A stretch of DNA of 64,000 nucleotides. Source: Minisyncoccota bacterium. GTDB taxonomy: Bacteria > Patescibacteriota > Minisyncoccia > Phycocordibacterales > CAJBRS01. Made by a program: the position numbers and the translations under genes. Positions 56,513 to 64,000 of this stretch are shown here, piece by piece; the stretch's first letter is position 1; every line of letters begins with the position of its first letter. The notes below the pieces were generated by a model that ran no database searches, was not told the DNA's origin, and saw only the letters and a list, made by a program, of their open reading frames with translations. Location: positions 59,639 through 123,638 of the forward strand of contig JADGRH010000001.1 in the NCBI GenBank assembly GCA_017881075.1, written 5' to 3'.

Positions 56513-57097
56513 ATGAATATATCGAAAACAAACAAGCCATTCGCTCTCATTCTCGCGCTCATCGCGGCCGTTTCCTTCGTCGCCACCCCCGTGGCGTTCG
56601 CTGGCGACAGGAACGAAGCGAAGCCGAAGCAATCGGCGATACCTACTAAAGCAGCCGCCAAGAAACTACCAAACGAATTCACTGGCATTCCTGAAGCCAC
56701 GCCAGTGGATCAAATGATCGCAATTGATACGACACCGACCGGAAACGATCCGAACAAAAAGAAACTCCAACAGCTAGCTACAGCTGCCGACCCCACGGCG
56801 TCAGCAACTCCGGACCCTACGGTGGAAGCCAAAGCTGGGATCGTCGCCGAGATTCGCAGGATGGCGAAAGCCAAGATTGACGAGATCACAGCCGAAAAAG
56901 ATGATGTTTCGAGCAAGTACAACGAACTGGTCAAAGGCTACAACAATCTGCTCACGCAACTAAACACTGCGAATGGCGATAAGGCTAAGTTGCAAGCCAA
57001 TTACAACGTCTTGGCGGCAGCGTTGGATGGAGCCGACGACATCAAAACGACGCTCAAGCCGAAAGAAAACCCGGCACCGACGGTCGTTAAGAAATAA
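56513..57097 (+). CDS. Secreted coiled-coil protein (island gene)
   Basis: Signal peptide 'ALILALIAAVSFVATPVAFA', then a predicted helical/coiled-coil C-terminal half. Terminator at 57116-57152. Confidence 0.45.
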   Translation: MNISKTNKPFALILALIAAVSFVATPVAFAGDRNEAKPKQSAIPTKAAAKKLPNEFTGIPEATPVDQMIAIDTTPTGNDPNKKKLQQLATAADPTASATPDPTVEAKAGIVAEIRRMAKAKIDEITAEKDDVSSKYNELVKGYNNLLTQLNTANGDKAKLQANYNVLAAALDGADDIKTTLKPKENPAPTVVKK

Positions 57098-57169
57098 GAC
57101 ACGATCAATTTCGATCAGCGAGCGCAGGGAAGTCCTTTGCGCTCGCTATTTTATTTAGAGACGAAGCCC

Positions 57170-57198
57170 TTGACTTTCTACTACTAGTATGATAATAT
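57170..57198 (+). promoter_or_regulatory. Candidate sigma70 promoter GCCC-TTGACT-N17-TAATAT (same architecture as 56383)
   Basis: ttgact at 57170-57175. tgataatat at 57190-57198. Confidence 0.5.
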
Positions 57199-57256
57199 AC
57201 AGGTAAATCAGGTTCTAGACACTATGTTTAGGGCCGCAACACGGAGAAGTATACAG

Positions 57257-58057
57257 ATGAAAAAACAGATCTTTGCAACACTGATCATGGCCCTAGTGGC
57301 TGGATCGATGATCAATAACGTCTCAGCCCAGACTTCAGCATCAGTGGCCGCTGACGCTGACGTTGTGGCACGCGCGGAAAAATTCAAGGCAAACAGGGTG
57401 CATATCGCAACTCTGGAGCAGGAAAATGCTCGGCTCACAGCAAACGCCGAAGTCTACAAAGAAGCTTTGGGAACAGAGCCCGTTGTGACTTCCTCGCCTG
57501 CGGCAAGCACAACCGCTTCACCAAGCGCGACGACAGACACCAAAGCGGAGAGCGCGACGAAGGACGCCACCGAAGCCGAGATCAAGAGATTGGTCGAGGA
57601 CAAACGGCGCGAAATCGCGGCAAGGAAAAATCTTCCTGGCCCGACAGCGAACAACACCTCTGCGGCACCGGCGAGCACGCCCGCAGACCCAATGGATCGT
57701 GAAGGCTACACCAAGACCTTGGTGGGTAGCTACATCCAGAAGGTGGAAGACCCGCGTTCTAAGCCCGTCGAAATCTTGGCCCGCAAGATTACCCTGGTTG
57801 GAGAAACCGAGGGAAAGATGCGCGAGCTTTGTTTCTGGACTGATGGGCACCACAACATTACCACGGGGTATGTGAGTGGTGGGGTGAAGGCGCATTTGAA
57901 TCGTCCGGATCATCAAACCTGGAAAAGGGGAGAGATCCGCGACGGACAGACAGGCAACATTCTTGTCGTCTATTACGTCGATTCGCCGGAAGGGAAGGTG
58001 GTCACAGCCTCCCGCCGGGAGTACCATCAAAAGCCGTCAAAGAATCAGCGTCGATAG
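57257..58057 (+). CDS. Secreted protein with coiled-coil N-terminal part, Ala/Thr/Ser-rich linker and a C-terminal globular domain (island gene)
   Basis: Signal peptide from the internal Met (MKKQIFATLIMALVAGS). C-terminal region 'CFWTDGHHNITTGYVSGGVKAHLNRPDHQTWKRGEI' has no match I recognise. Terminator at 58080-58107. Confidence 0.45.
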   Translation: MKKQIFATLIMALVAGSMINNVSAQTSASVAADADVVARAEKFKANRVHIATLEQENARLTANAEVYKEALGTEPVVTSSPAASTTASPSATTDTKAESATKDATEAEIKRLVEDKRREIAARKNLPGPTANNTSAAPASTPADPMDREGYTKTLVGSYIQKVEDPRSKPVEILARKITLVGETEGKMRELCFWTDGHHNITTGYVSGGVKAHLNRPDHQTWKRGEIRDGQTGNILVVYYVDSPEGKVVTASRREYHQKPSKNQRR

Positions 58058-58116
58058 GACGCAAAACGACTATAAGCGACAAGTGCAGGGAAAAAGTCCC
58101 ACACTTGCCGCCGTTT

Positions 58117-58144
58117 ATTTAAAAACTTGACAAATTAATGATAT
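58117..58144 (+). promoter_or_regulatory. Near-consensus sigma70 promoter TTGACA-N16-TATAAT
   Basis: ttgaca at 58117-58122 and tataat at 58139-58144, about 65 nt upstream of the 58212 gene. Confidence 0.55.
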
Positions 58145-58211
58145 AGTGTATAATACTTAAATCATTGATTTTTAGCCAAAAAAGCATAATTTAAAAATAA
58201 TCAACAAAAAC

Positions 58212-59663
58212 ATGAACAAAATTTTAAAAACAATTAAATACAGCTTAGGAATTATGGTAATCCTTGCCTTTGCTTCTATTTCTATGGGGCAAGTTGTTTA
58301 TGCGGATACCCCATCTGATTATGGATCAGGAAGCTACTACGACTACACTCCTGATTATGGATCTGGAAGTTATTACAACTATACCCCTGATTATGGATCC
58401 GGCAGTTACTATAATTATACTCCTGACTATGGCTCAGGCAGTTACTACGATTCTTCTCCGACCTACACTGATAATACTTCCGGCAATGGTTACGGCACCG
58501 ACTATGGTTATTACTACGGAGACAACTGTGGCTCTAGTTGCGACACTACTAATTATGGCACTGACCAGGGTTATTACTATGGTAATAACTGTGATACTAG
58601 TTGCGACACCGCTAGCAATGATTATGGTTACGGTGGCTCTGGTGGTGGCTACGGAGGCTGTTCTTACGGTTGTGGTAGTAGTAACTCCGGAAGTTATGGC
58701 ATGCCATCCTACAATTCCTACGGCACTCCCTCTTACAATCCACCATCTTACAATTACAACCCCACCCCTACCTATTACAATCCTCCATCTTCTAACGGCT
58801 CCGGCGCTATCGTAGTGAATAACAACAATAACAATACAAATAACAACACCAACAACAATAATGTGGTAGTGAATATTCCTCCGGTCAATACTGTCACTCC
58901 TCCGCCACCCCCACCTCCTCCTGTCTACAACAACCTTACTGCTTACTGTGTTGGCACCCCTTCTAATCCTCAAATTGGAGATAATGTTACATGGAGAGTC
59001 TATGCCTCGGGGGGTAATGGTAACTACAATTATTCTTGGAGAGGAGATGTCTCTGGTAATAACACAACTGAAAACGCCAACTATTATAATAGTGGTACAG
59101 AGAGTGCTTCAGTCAGGGTAACAACCTCAAATGGCGATAGCTTTACTACCGACCAATGTGAAGTAAACGTGCAACCACGAGGATCAACCATTTCTAATGT
59201 TACGGTCTATACTCCACCAACAGGCACTCCTAGCGCAGGTGTATTCCTTAGCCAAATTCCTGCTACTGGCATCAGCCCTACGATGAAATTGGCTCTCTTC
59301 ATTCTCGGACTCTTTCTCTGGAGCGCCTTCGGAGCCTACATGATTCTGGAACGACGCAAGATGGGTACATTGGCTACTGCTGGTATCAATGCTTCCGACA
59401 TGGAAGATGAGGCCGACGAAGTGGTCACTGAACCGACGGAATCAATTCCAGCTGACGATCTTGAAAGTAATCTTTCTTTCCGAGCGCGCGAGAACAATGT
59501 TCTCATCTCTCGAGATGGTCTTGCCGTCATAATGAATCGAGCCAATGGCAATCAGGGCGAGGCTGAAAACATCCTTTCACAACTCGTGAGCAAGGTTTCC
59601 AGAAATGACGGAGATTACGCTACACTGAACGGAGAAAAAATTAATAAATTACTTAATAGTTAA
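58212..59663 (+). CDS. Secreted Tyr/Gly/Ser-rich repeat protein with a C-terminal IPATG + conserved TM module followed by a ~105-aa cytoplasmic tail
   Basis: Signal peptide. 4 tandem 36-nt repeats encoding YGSGSYY(D/N)YTPD. Cys-rich and Asn-rich stretches and a Pro8 run. 'TPSAGVFLSQIPATGISPTMKLALFILGLFLWSAFGAYMILERRK' is shared with the 48412 gene. Confidence 0.6.
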   Translation: MNKILKTIKYSLGIMVILAFASISMGQVVYADTPSDYGSGSYYDYTPDYGSGSYYNYTPDYGSGSYYNYTPDYGSGSYYDSSPTYTDNTSGNGYGTDYGYYYGDNCGSSCDTTNYGTDQGYYYGNNCDTSCDTASNDYGYGGSGGGYGGCSYGCGSSNSGSYGMPSYNSYGTPSYNPPSYNYNPTPTYYNPPSSNGSGAIVVNNNNNNTNNNTNNNNVVVNIPPVNTVTPPPPPPPPVYNNLTAYCVGTPSNPQIGDNVTWRVYASGGNGNYNYSWRGDVSGNNTTENANYYNSGTESASVRVTTSNGDSFTTDQCEVNVQPRGSTISNVTVYTPPTGTPSAGVFLSQIPATGISPTMKLALFILGLFLWSAFGAYMILERRKMGTLATAGINASDMEDEADEVVTEPTESIPADDLESNLSFRARENNVLISRDGLAVIMNRANGNQGEAENILSQLVSKVSRNDGDYATLNGEKINKLLNS

Positions 59664-59666
59664 CAA

Positions 59667-59713
59667 AAAAGAAAACAGCGGCCGCCTAAAGGCGGCCGCT
59701 GTTTTCTTTTTGG
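59667..59713. terminator. Bidirectional Rho-independent terminator overlapping the thrS stop
   Basis: aaaagaaaacagcggccgcc-taaa-ggcggccgctgttttcttttt. Confidence 0.8.
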
Positions 59714-61434
59714 AATTTTTCGATCAATTTTGCTATTTTAATTGTCTCCGCATTTCCTTTGTCACGGCTCTCTAGTGTTACGGTCTGCGACCCAACCTCT
59801 TTGTCACCAATGACGGCCATGTAGGGGACTTTCTCTACCTTTCCTTCTCGTATCTTCTTGCCGAGACTTTCATTAGAATCATCCAACTCCGCTCTGATGC
59901 CGGCGCTTTTCAATTGCTGAAATACTTCGCCGGCATACTCTTGATGTGTCTCACCAATAGAGAGGATCTTTATCTGAACAGGGGAGAGCCAGAAGGGGAA
60001 TGCACCGGCGTAATGTTCGATCAAAAAACCGATGAATCTCTCATGAGTACCAAGAGGGGCGCGGTGAATGCAAAGAGGAGTTTCCTTTTCTCCTTTAGCA
60101 TTAACATAATTTAAATCGAATCGTTTTGGTACCGAAAAATCTACTTGATTAGTAGCCAGAGTAAACTCCCGGCCAATAGCACTCCAAACTTCCACGTCAA
60201 TCTTAGGGCCATAGAAAGCCGCTTCGTTGGCTATTTCTACATAAGGAATTTTTGATTCCACCAAAACATCTCGAACCATTTTTTCCGTTTCAATCCAGAG
60301 CAGAGGCTCATCAACATATTTCTCGCCCAGTCTGGCCGGATCATGAGTGGAAAAACGCATCTGATATTTTTCTATACCAAAAATCTTAAAATATTTAAGA
60401 TACATTTCATTTACTTGTCGAAACTCTTCCGCAAATTGATCCTTACTGCAATAAATATGGGCATCATTCATTTGCATAGAACGCGTCCTCATGATGCCGA
60501 AAAGTTCTCCCGATTTTTCCTGCCTGTAAACAGTGCCATATTCAGCCAGGCGCAGAGGTAGGTCTTTATAACTCGGATGCATCGCCGCAAATATTTTATG
60601 ATGATGCGGACAATTCATGGCCTTTAGATAATACTTTCCGCCCTCATATTCCATTGGTGGAAACATGCTCTCCTGGTAATAGGGAAGATGGCCGCTTTTT
60701 ATATACATTGATTCCTTGGCGATGTGAGGTGTGCGAACTCTTTGGTATCCTGCTTCAAACTCTGTTTCTTTGGCAAGCTTTTCCAGCTCCTCAATAATAA
60801 TGGCTCCGTTCGGAAGCCAGAGCGGCAGCCCTGGCCCGGTATCTTCATCAAAAACAAAAATTTTTAATTCACGGCCGAGTTTTCGATGATCTCGTTTTTC
60901 GGCCTCAATCTGTTGTTTCTCATAATTTTCCAATTCTTCTCTTGTTTCAAACGCTAACCCATAAATACGAGTGAGCATTTTGTTTTTCTCGTCTCCGCGC
61001 CAATAGGCACCGGCGATGTGGGAGAGCTTAAATGCATCAATATTGACATCCTGCATGTTGTCAACGTGTCCGCCGCGACAGAGGTCGGTGAATTTTCCAG
61101 CAGTGTAAAGAGTGATCGGCTCCTTTTTGGCGACAATCTCATCAATCAATTCCAGTTTGTAGGGATTGTCGGTGAATAGGGCCCTCGACTCGCTCGGGCT
61201 CACTTCTTTATGCTCAAACCCTTTCCACCCATTATAAATTTTCTTCATCTTCTTCTCGATCTCCTTCAGGTCTTTATCCGAAATAGGGGACACGAAATCA
61301 AAGTCGTAATAGAACCCATTCTCAATAGCTGGCCCGATAGTATTTAAAGCATCAGGATGCAATTCCAAAACTGCCGCCGCAAGCAAATGTGCCAGCGAAT
61401 GTCGCATTTTAGCCAGTTTGTCGTTTGAATCCAT
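59686..61434 (-). CDS. thrS: Threonine--tRNA ligase (short form lacking the N-terminal TGS domain)
   Basis: Editing-domain 'HSLAHLLAAAV', class II motifs ('FRQVNEMY...', 'HRAPLGTHERFIGFLIEHYAGAFPFWLSP') and a C-terminal anticodon-binding domain. 582 aa. Confidence 0.85.
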   Translation of the reverse strand: MDSNDKLAKMRHSLAHLLAAAVLELHPDALNTIGPAIENGFYYDFDFVSPISDKDLKEIEKKMKKIYNGWKGFEHKEVSPSESRALFTDNPYKLELIDEIVAKKEPITLYTAGKFTDLCRGGHVDNMQDVNIDAFKLSHIAGAYWRGDEKNKMLTRIYGLAFETREELENYEKQQIEAEKRDHRKLGRELKIFVFDEDTGPGLPLWLPNGAIIIEELEKLAKETEFEAGYQRVRTPHIAKESMYIKSGHLPYYQESMFPPMEYEGGKYYLKAMNCPHHHKIFAAMHPSYKDLPLRLAEYGTVYRQEKSGELFGIMRTRSMQMNDAHIYCSKDQFAEEFRQVNEMYLKYFKIFGIEKYQMRFSTHDPARLGEKYVDEPLLWIETEKMVRDVLVESKIPYVEIANEAAFYGPKIDVEVWSAIGREFTLATNQVDFSVPKRFDLNYVNAKGEKETPLCIHRAPLGTHERFIGFLIEHYAGAFPFWLSPVQIKILSIGETHQEYAGEVFQQLKSAGIRAELDDSNESLGKKIREGKVEKVPYMAVIGDKEVGSQTVTLESRDKGNAETIKIAKLIEKFQKENSGRL

Positions 61435-61449
61435 ATTTCAGAATATTAA

Positions 61450-61600
61450 CATATTTATTTCTGTCATTCCCGTGAAGACGGGAATCCAGGTCTTCCTCCC
61501 CTCCTCAGATGAGGAGGGGATTGAGGGGTGGTTGAAGAATCTTAATTTCAGACCACCCCCTGCCCCCTCCTTGTCTAATGAGGGGGTTTCAAAACGGAGT
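61450..61600 (-). promoter_or_regulatory. Cluster of four GC-rich stem-loops in the thrS 5' leader / dnaE 3' region
   Basis: ttcccgt-gaag-acgggaa, cccctcctc-aga-tgaggagggg, ggggtgg-...-ccaccccc and ccccctc-cttgtctaatga-ggggg, all seen directly in an otherwise AT-rich spacer. Confidence 0.5.
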
Positions 61601-61620
61601 CAAAAACTGGCTTTGACACA

Positions 61621-64000
61621 TCATAATTCTTTAATCGCCTCCGCGATCATGCTGGTCTCGCCGTTGCGGTCGGACATCCGGCCTTTGACCGCAATGCATT
61701 TTTCCAGTGCGATAAAAGATTTGTATTTCTCACAAGTCTTTGGAAACACCACCACCTCAATATTTCCGGAGAAATCGGCGATCTTCAGGAAATACATATT
61801 TTCTCCTTTTTTAGTCCTCACCTCTTTTAATTCTTCTACAATACCTTCAACTACGCCGAGCATCCCTTCTCTTAACTCCGCTTTCGTCTTGGCGATATTT
61901 GTTTGTTTTTTCTCTAGCTGTTCTTTGAATTTATCCAAAGGATGACCGCTGATGTAAAGGCCGAGAAGCTCCTTTTCCCAGATGAGCTTCTCGGCCGCCG
62001 TTGCTTCTGGCGCCGCCGAGAGGCGCAAGGATGGTAGGGAAATGCTCGCTCCCAGAGCCCCGAATAATGACTCCTGATTAGTTGGAGCGCGATGTGTTTC
62101 CTTATTGTATTGAATAATGTCTTCAATATTGGCAAGTAACTGGCCTCTTTCGCCGAAGTGATCCATCGCCCCCGCCTTTATCAAAGCTTCCAATGATTTT
62201 TTATTTAAATTTTTATCGCTTACTCGGTTCAGCAAATCCTCCAGAGATTTGAACTTACCGCCCTTCTTCCTCTCATTGATAATGGAATGAGCAATGCCTT
62301 CGCCGAAATTCTTGATGGTCGTTAGGCCGAAACGAATTTGATCTGGCGGTAAGGAAGTCTGACTTCCCTTAGGAAGTCTGACTTCCTTACCGCTCTTTAT
62401 CACCGTAAAATCCTCAAAACTTTCATTGATATCCGGCGGCAGAACGGGGATCCTCATTCGTTTGCATTCCGTGATGATCTCCGAGATCTTCTCCACATCT
62501 CCCGATTCTGCCGTCATCACTGCAGCCATATAAATACATGGGAAGTTGGCCTTCATGTAAGCGGTCTGGTAAGCCACCTTGCCGTAGCTGGCAGCATGGG
62601 CTTTGTTGAATCCGTAGGCCTGAAAAGGTTCAAAAAGTTTCCATAATTTCTCGGCAAAATCTTTTGTCTGACCCTTCTTGATGATACCCTCGATCAATTT
62701 TTCTTTTTGAGCGGCCATTTCTTTTGGAATTTTCTTACCCATAGCCTTTCGGAATTTATCCGCCTCGAGCCAGGAGTAGCCGGCAAGCTCTATGGCGCTA
62801 AGGAGTACGTCGTCCTGATAGACAATAAGACCATAAGATTCCTCCAGATATTTTTTCATTCGGGGATCGGGGTAGGAAATAAGATTCGGATTATTTTTTC
62901 TTCGGACATATTCCGGGATCACTTCCATCGGGCCGGGGCGATAGAGAGCCACCATGGCGTTAATGTCGTGAATGGTGGAAGGTCGAAGGTCTTTCAAGTA
63001 ACGGGTCATGCCGGAGCCGTTCAACTGAAAGAGTCCGGCCGTTTCTCCTTTGGCTAGAAGTTCAAATGTTTTCTTATCATTTAAAGGAACGTTTTCAATA
63101 TCAATATCAATTCCCTCAATGGTTTTCACCAGAGAGACGGAGTCGGCTAAAATGGCAAGATTTCGGATACCGAGAAAATCAAATTTTAAAAGCCCGGCAT
63201 TACTTTCATCTACAGAATGCATGTCGTATTGGGTGATGATCTTACCCTCATCTAATCCGGCGCTTTTCGGATCAAATTGTAGCGGCACAATTTCAGTCAG
63301 AGGAATAGGGGAGATAACCACTCCGGCGGCGTGAACGCTAATGTGTCTTGCCAAGCCTTCAATTTTTTTAGCCATGTCAATGATCGTTGCCACATCTTTG
63401 TCTTGTTGGTAAAGCTGTTTCAGCTCCGACACTTTCGCAAAGGCCCGATCAATGGTCATGGGAAATCCTTGGGCGCCGATAGGAATTAATTTTGAAATTT
63501 TGTCACCCACGTCGTAAGGGAAGCCGAGAGCCCGGGCAACGTCACGCACCGCTCCGCGGGCCATCATCGTTCCGAATGTTCCAATTTGCGCCACTTTGTC
63601 TTTTCCATATTTCTCTTTAGCATAAGCAATAACTTCATCACGACGATTGTCGGCAAAATCCATATCAATGTCCGGCGCCGATGGTCGCTCAAGATTAAGG
63701 AATCTTTCAAAAGGTAATTTATATTCAAGTGGGTCTACATTGGTAATACCGGCGAGATATGTGACTATGGAACCGGCGACAGAACCTCGGATAGTGGTCA
63801 GGATCTTGTTCTCGTGTGCAAAACGCATCAGGTCGGACACTACCAGGAAATAGGAGGCATAGCCCTTCTTTTCAATGATATTCAGTTCGTATTCAATCCT
63901 TTCTTTTACCTTTTCCGATAGTTCCAATTTCCGCCTTTCAAGACCGCTATATACAAGCTCGCGCAATTCCTCATCGATCGATTTGCCTTTTGTCGCTTTA
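61621..64000 (-). CDS. dnaE: DNA polymerase III alpha subunit, C-terminal ~790 aa (5' part lies beyond the window end)
   Basis: '...GTFGTMMARGAVRDVARALG', 'DIDIDF', fingers/beta-binding region and a C-terminal OB fold. The frame stays open to nt 64000 (the ORF-track 'start' at 63966 is a TTG inside a continuing frame). Confidence 0.85.
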   Translation of the reverse strand, partial: KATKGKSIDEELRELVYSGLERRKLELSEKVKERIEYELNIIEKKGYASYFLVVSDLMRFAHENKILTTIRGSVAGSIVTYLAGITNVDPLEYKLPFERFLNLERPSAPDIDMDFADNRRDEVIAYAKEKYGKDKVAQIGTFGTMMARGAVRDVARALGFPYDVGDKISKLIPIGAQGFPMTIDRAFAKVSELKQLYQQDKDVATIIDMAKKIEGLARHISVHAAGVVISPIPLTEIVPLQFDPKSAGLDEGKIITQYDMHSVDESNAGLLKFDFLGIRNLAILADSVSLVKTIEGIDIDIENVPLNDKKTFELLAKGETAGLFQLNGSGMTRYLKDLRPSTIHDINAMVALYRPGPMEVIPEYVRRKNNPNLISYPDPRMKKYLEESYGLIVYQDDVLLSAIELAGYSWLEADKFRKAMGKKIPKEMAAQKEKLIEGIIKKGQTKDFAEKLWKLFEPFQAYGFNKAHAASYGKVAYQTAYMKANFPCIYMAAVMTAESGDVEKISEIITECKRMRIPVLPPDINESFEDFTVIKSGKEVRLPKGSQTSLPPDQIRFGLTTIKNFGEGIAHSIINERKKGGKFKSLEDLLNRVSDKNLNKKSLEALIKAGAMDHFGERGQLLANIEDIIQYNKETHRAPTNQESLFGALGASISLPSLRLSAAPEATAAEKLIWEKELLGLYISGHPLDKFKEQLEKKQTNIAKTKAELREGMLGVVEGIVEELKEVRTKKGENMYFLKIADFSGNIEVVVFPKTCEKYKSFIALEKCIAVKGRMSDRNGETSMIAEAIKEL

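Noticed and set aside
51806-58130. ttgacaaat(c/t)aat at both island borders as a definitive att/target-site duplication
   Set aside because: It is only 13 nt with a mismatch, and it coincides with a -35-like TTGACA at both sites. Promoter convergence explains it as well as insertion does. It is mentioned only as a possibility within the island finding.
58264-58973. ORFs 58264..58815 (+) and 58434..58973 (-) inside the Tyr-rich repeat gene
   Set aside because: These are alternate-frame artefacts of the repetitive, stop-poor sequence. The in-frame product with signal peptide and C-terminal module is the coherent one.
61435-61620. T-box riboswitch in the thrS leader
   Set aside because: The reverse-complemented leader contains GGGTGG, but not the T-box consensus AATTAGGGTGGTACCGCG or a specifier-loop arrangement I could recognise. 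It is kept only as generic stem-loops.
1-64000. CRISPR array
   Set aside because: The only regularly spaced repeats, in the giant gene and the Tyr-rich gene, are in-frame coding repeats with variable spacing. No direct-repeat/spacer architecture or cas genes are present.

Overview
This looks like a compact bacterial chromosome segment, tentatively Patescibacteria/CPR-like (inference only). The clues are a split transketolase, many small overlapping genes, REP/RAYT elements, a sortase, a non-oxidative pentose-phosphate plus glycolysis cluster, and standard stop codons including TGA. There are no rRNA genes and no CRISPR array. The window begins inside a giant (>3194 aa) repetitive fibre-like surface protein and ends inside dnaE. 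Between them lie ordinary housekeeping genes: gap, rpiB, rpe, tktN/tktC, a pfkB kinase, fba, rplY, rpmE, prfA, rpsB, tsf, tRNA-Thr, pheS, gyrB, uppP, thrS and a MacAB-like efflux set. Interleaved with these are accessory features: (1) two REP-associated tyrosine transposase genes, each with its own palindromic REP family; (2) a VKOR, FMN-binding protein, ApbE flavin transferase and membrane FNR-like oxidoreductase module; (3) a sortase locus with CARDB and surface proteins that share an unusual C-terminal (V/I)P(S/A)TGIS plus conserved-TM module; (4) a roughly 6.4 kb compositionally distinct island (about 51.75 to 58.2 kb) of five genes, each with its own promoter and terminator, including a divergent MreB-like actin and a 655-aa orphan; (5) several in-frame or intergenic palindromic elements, a monomeric-type PheRS fusion and a CdaA–YbbR fusion. 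All calls are made by eye from the translations and sequence. No database search was run.
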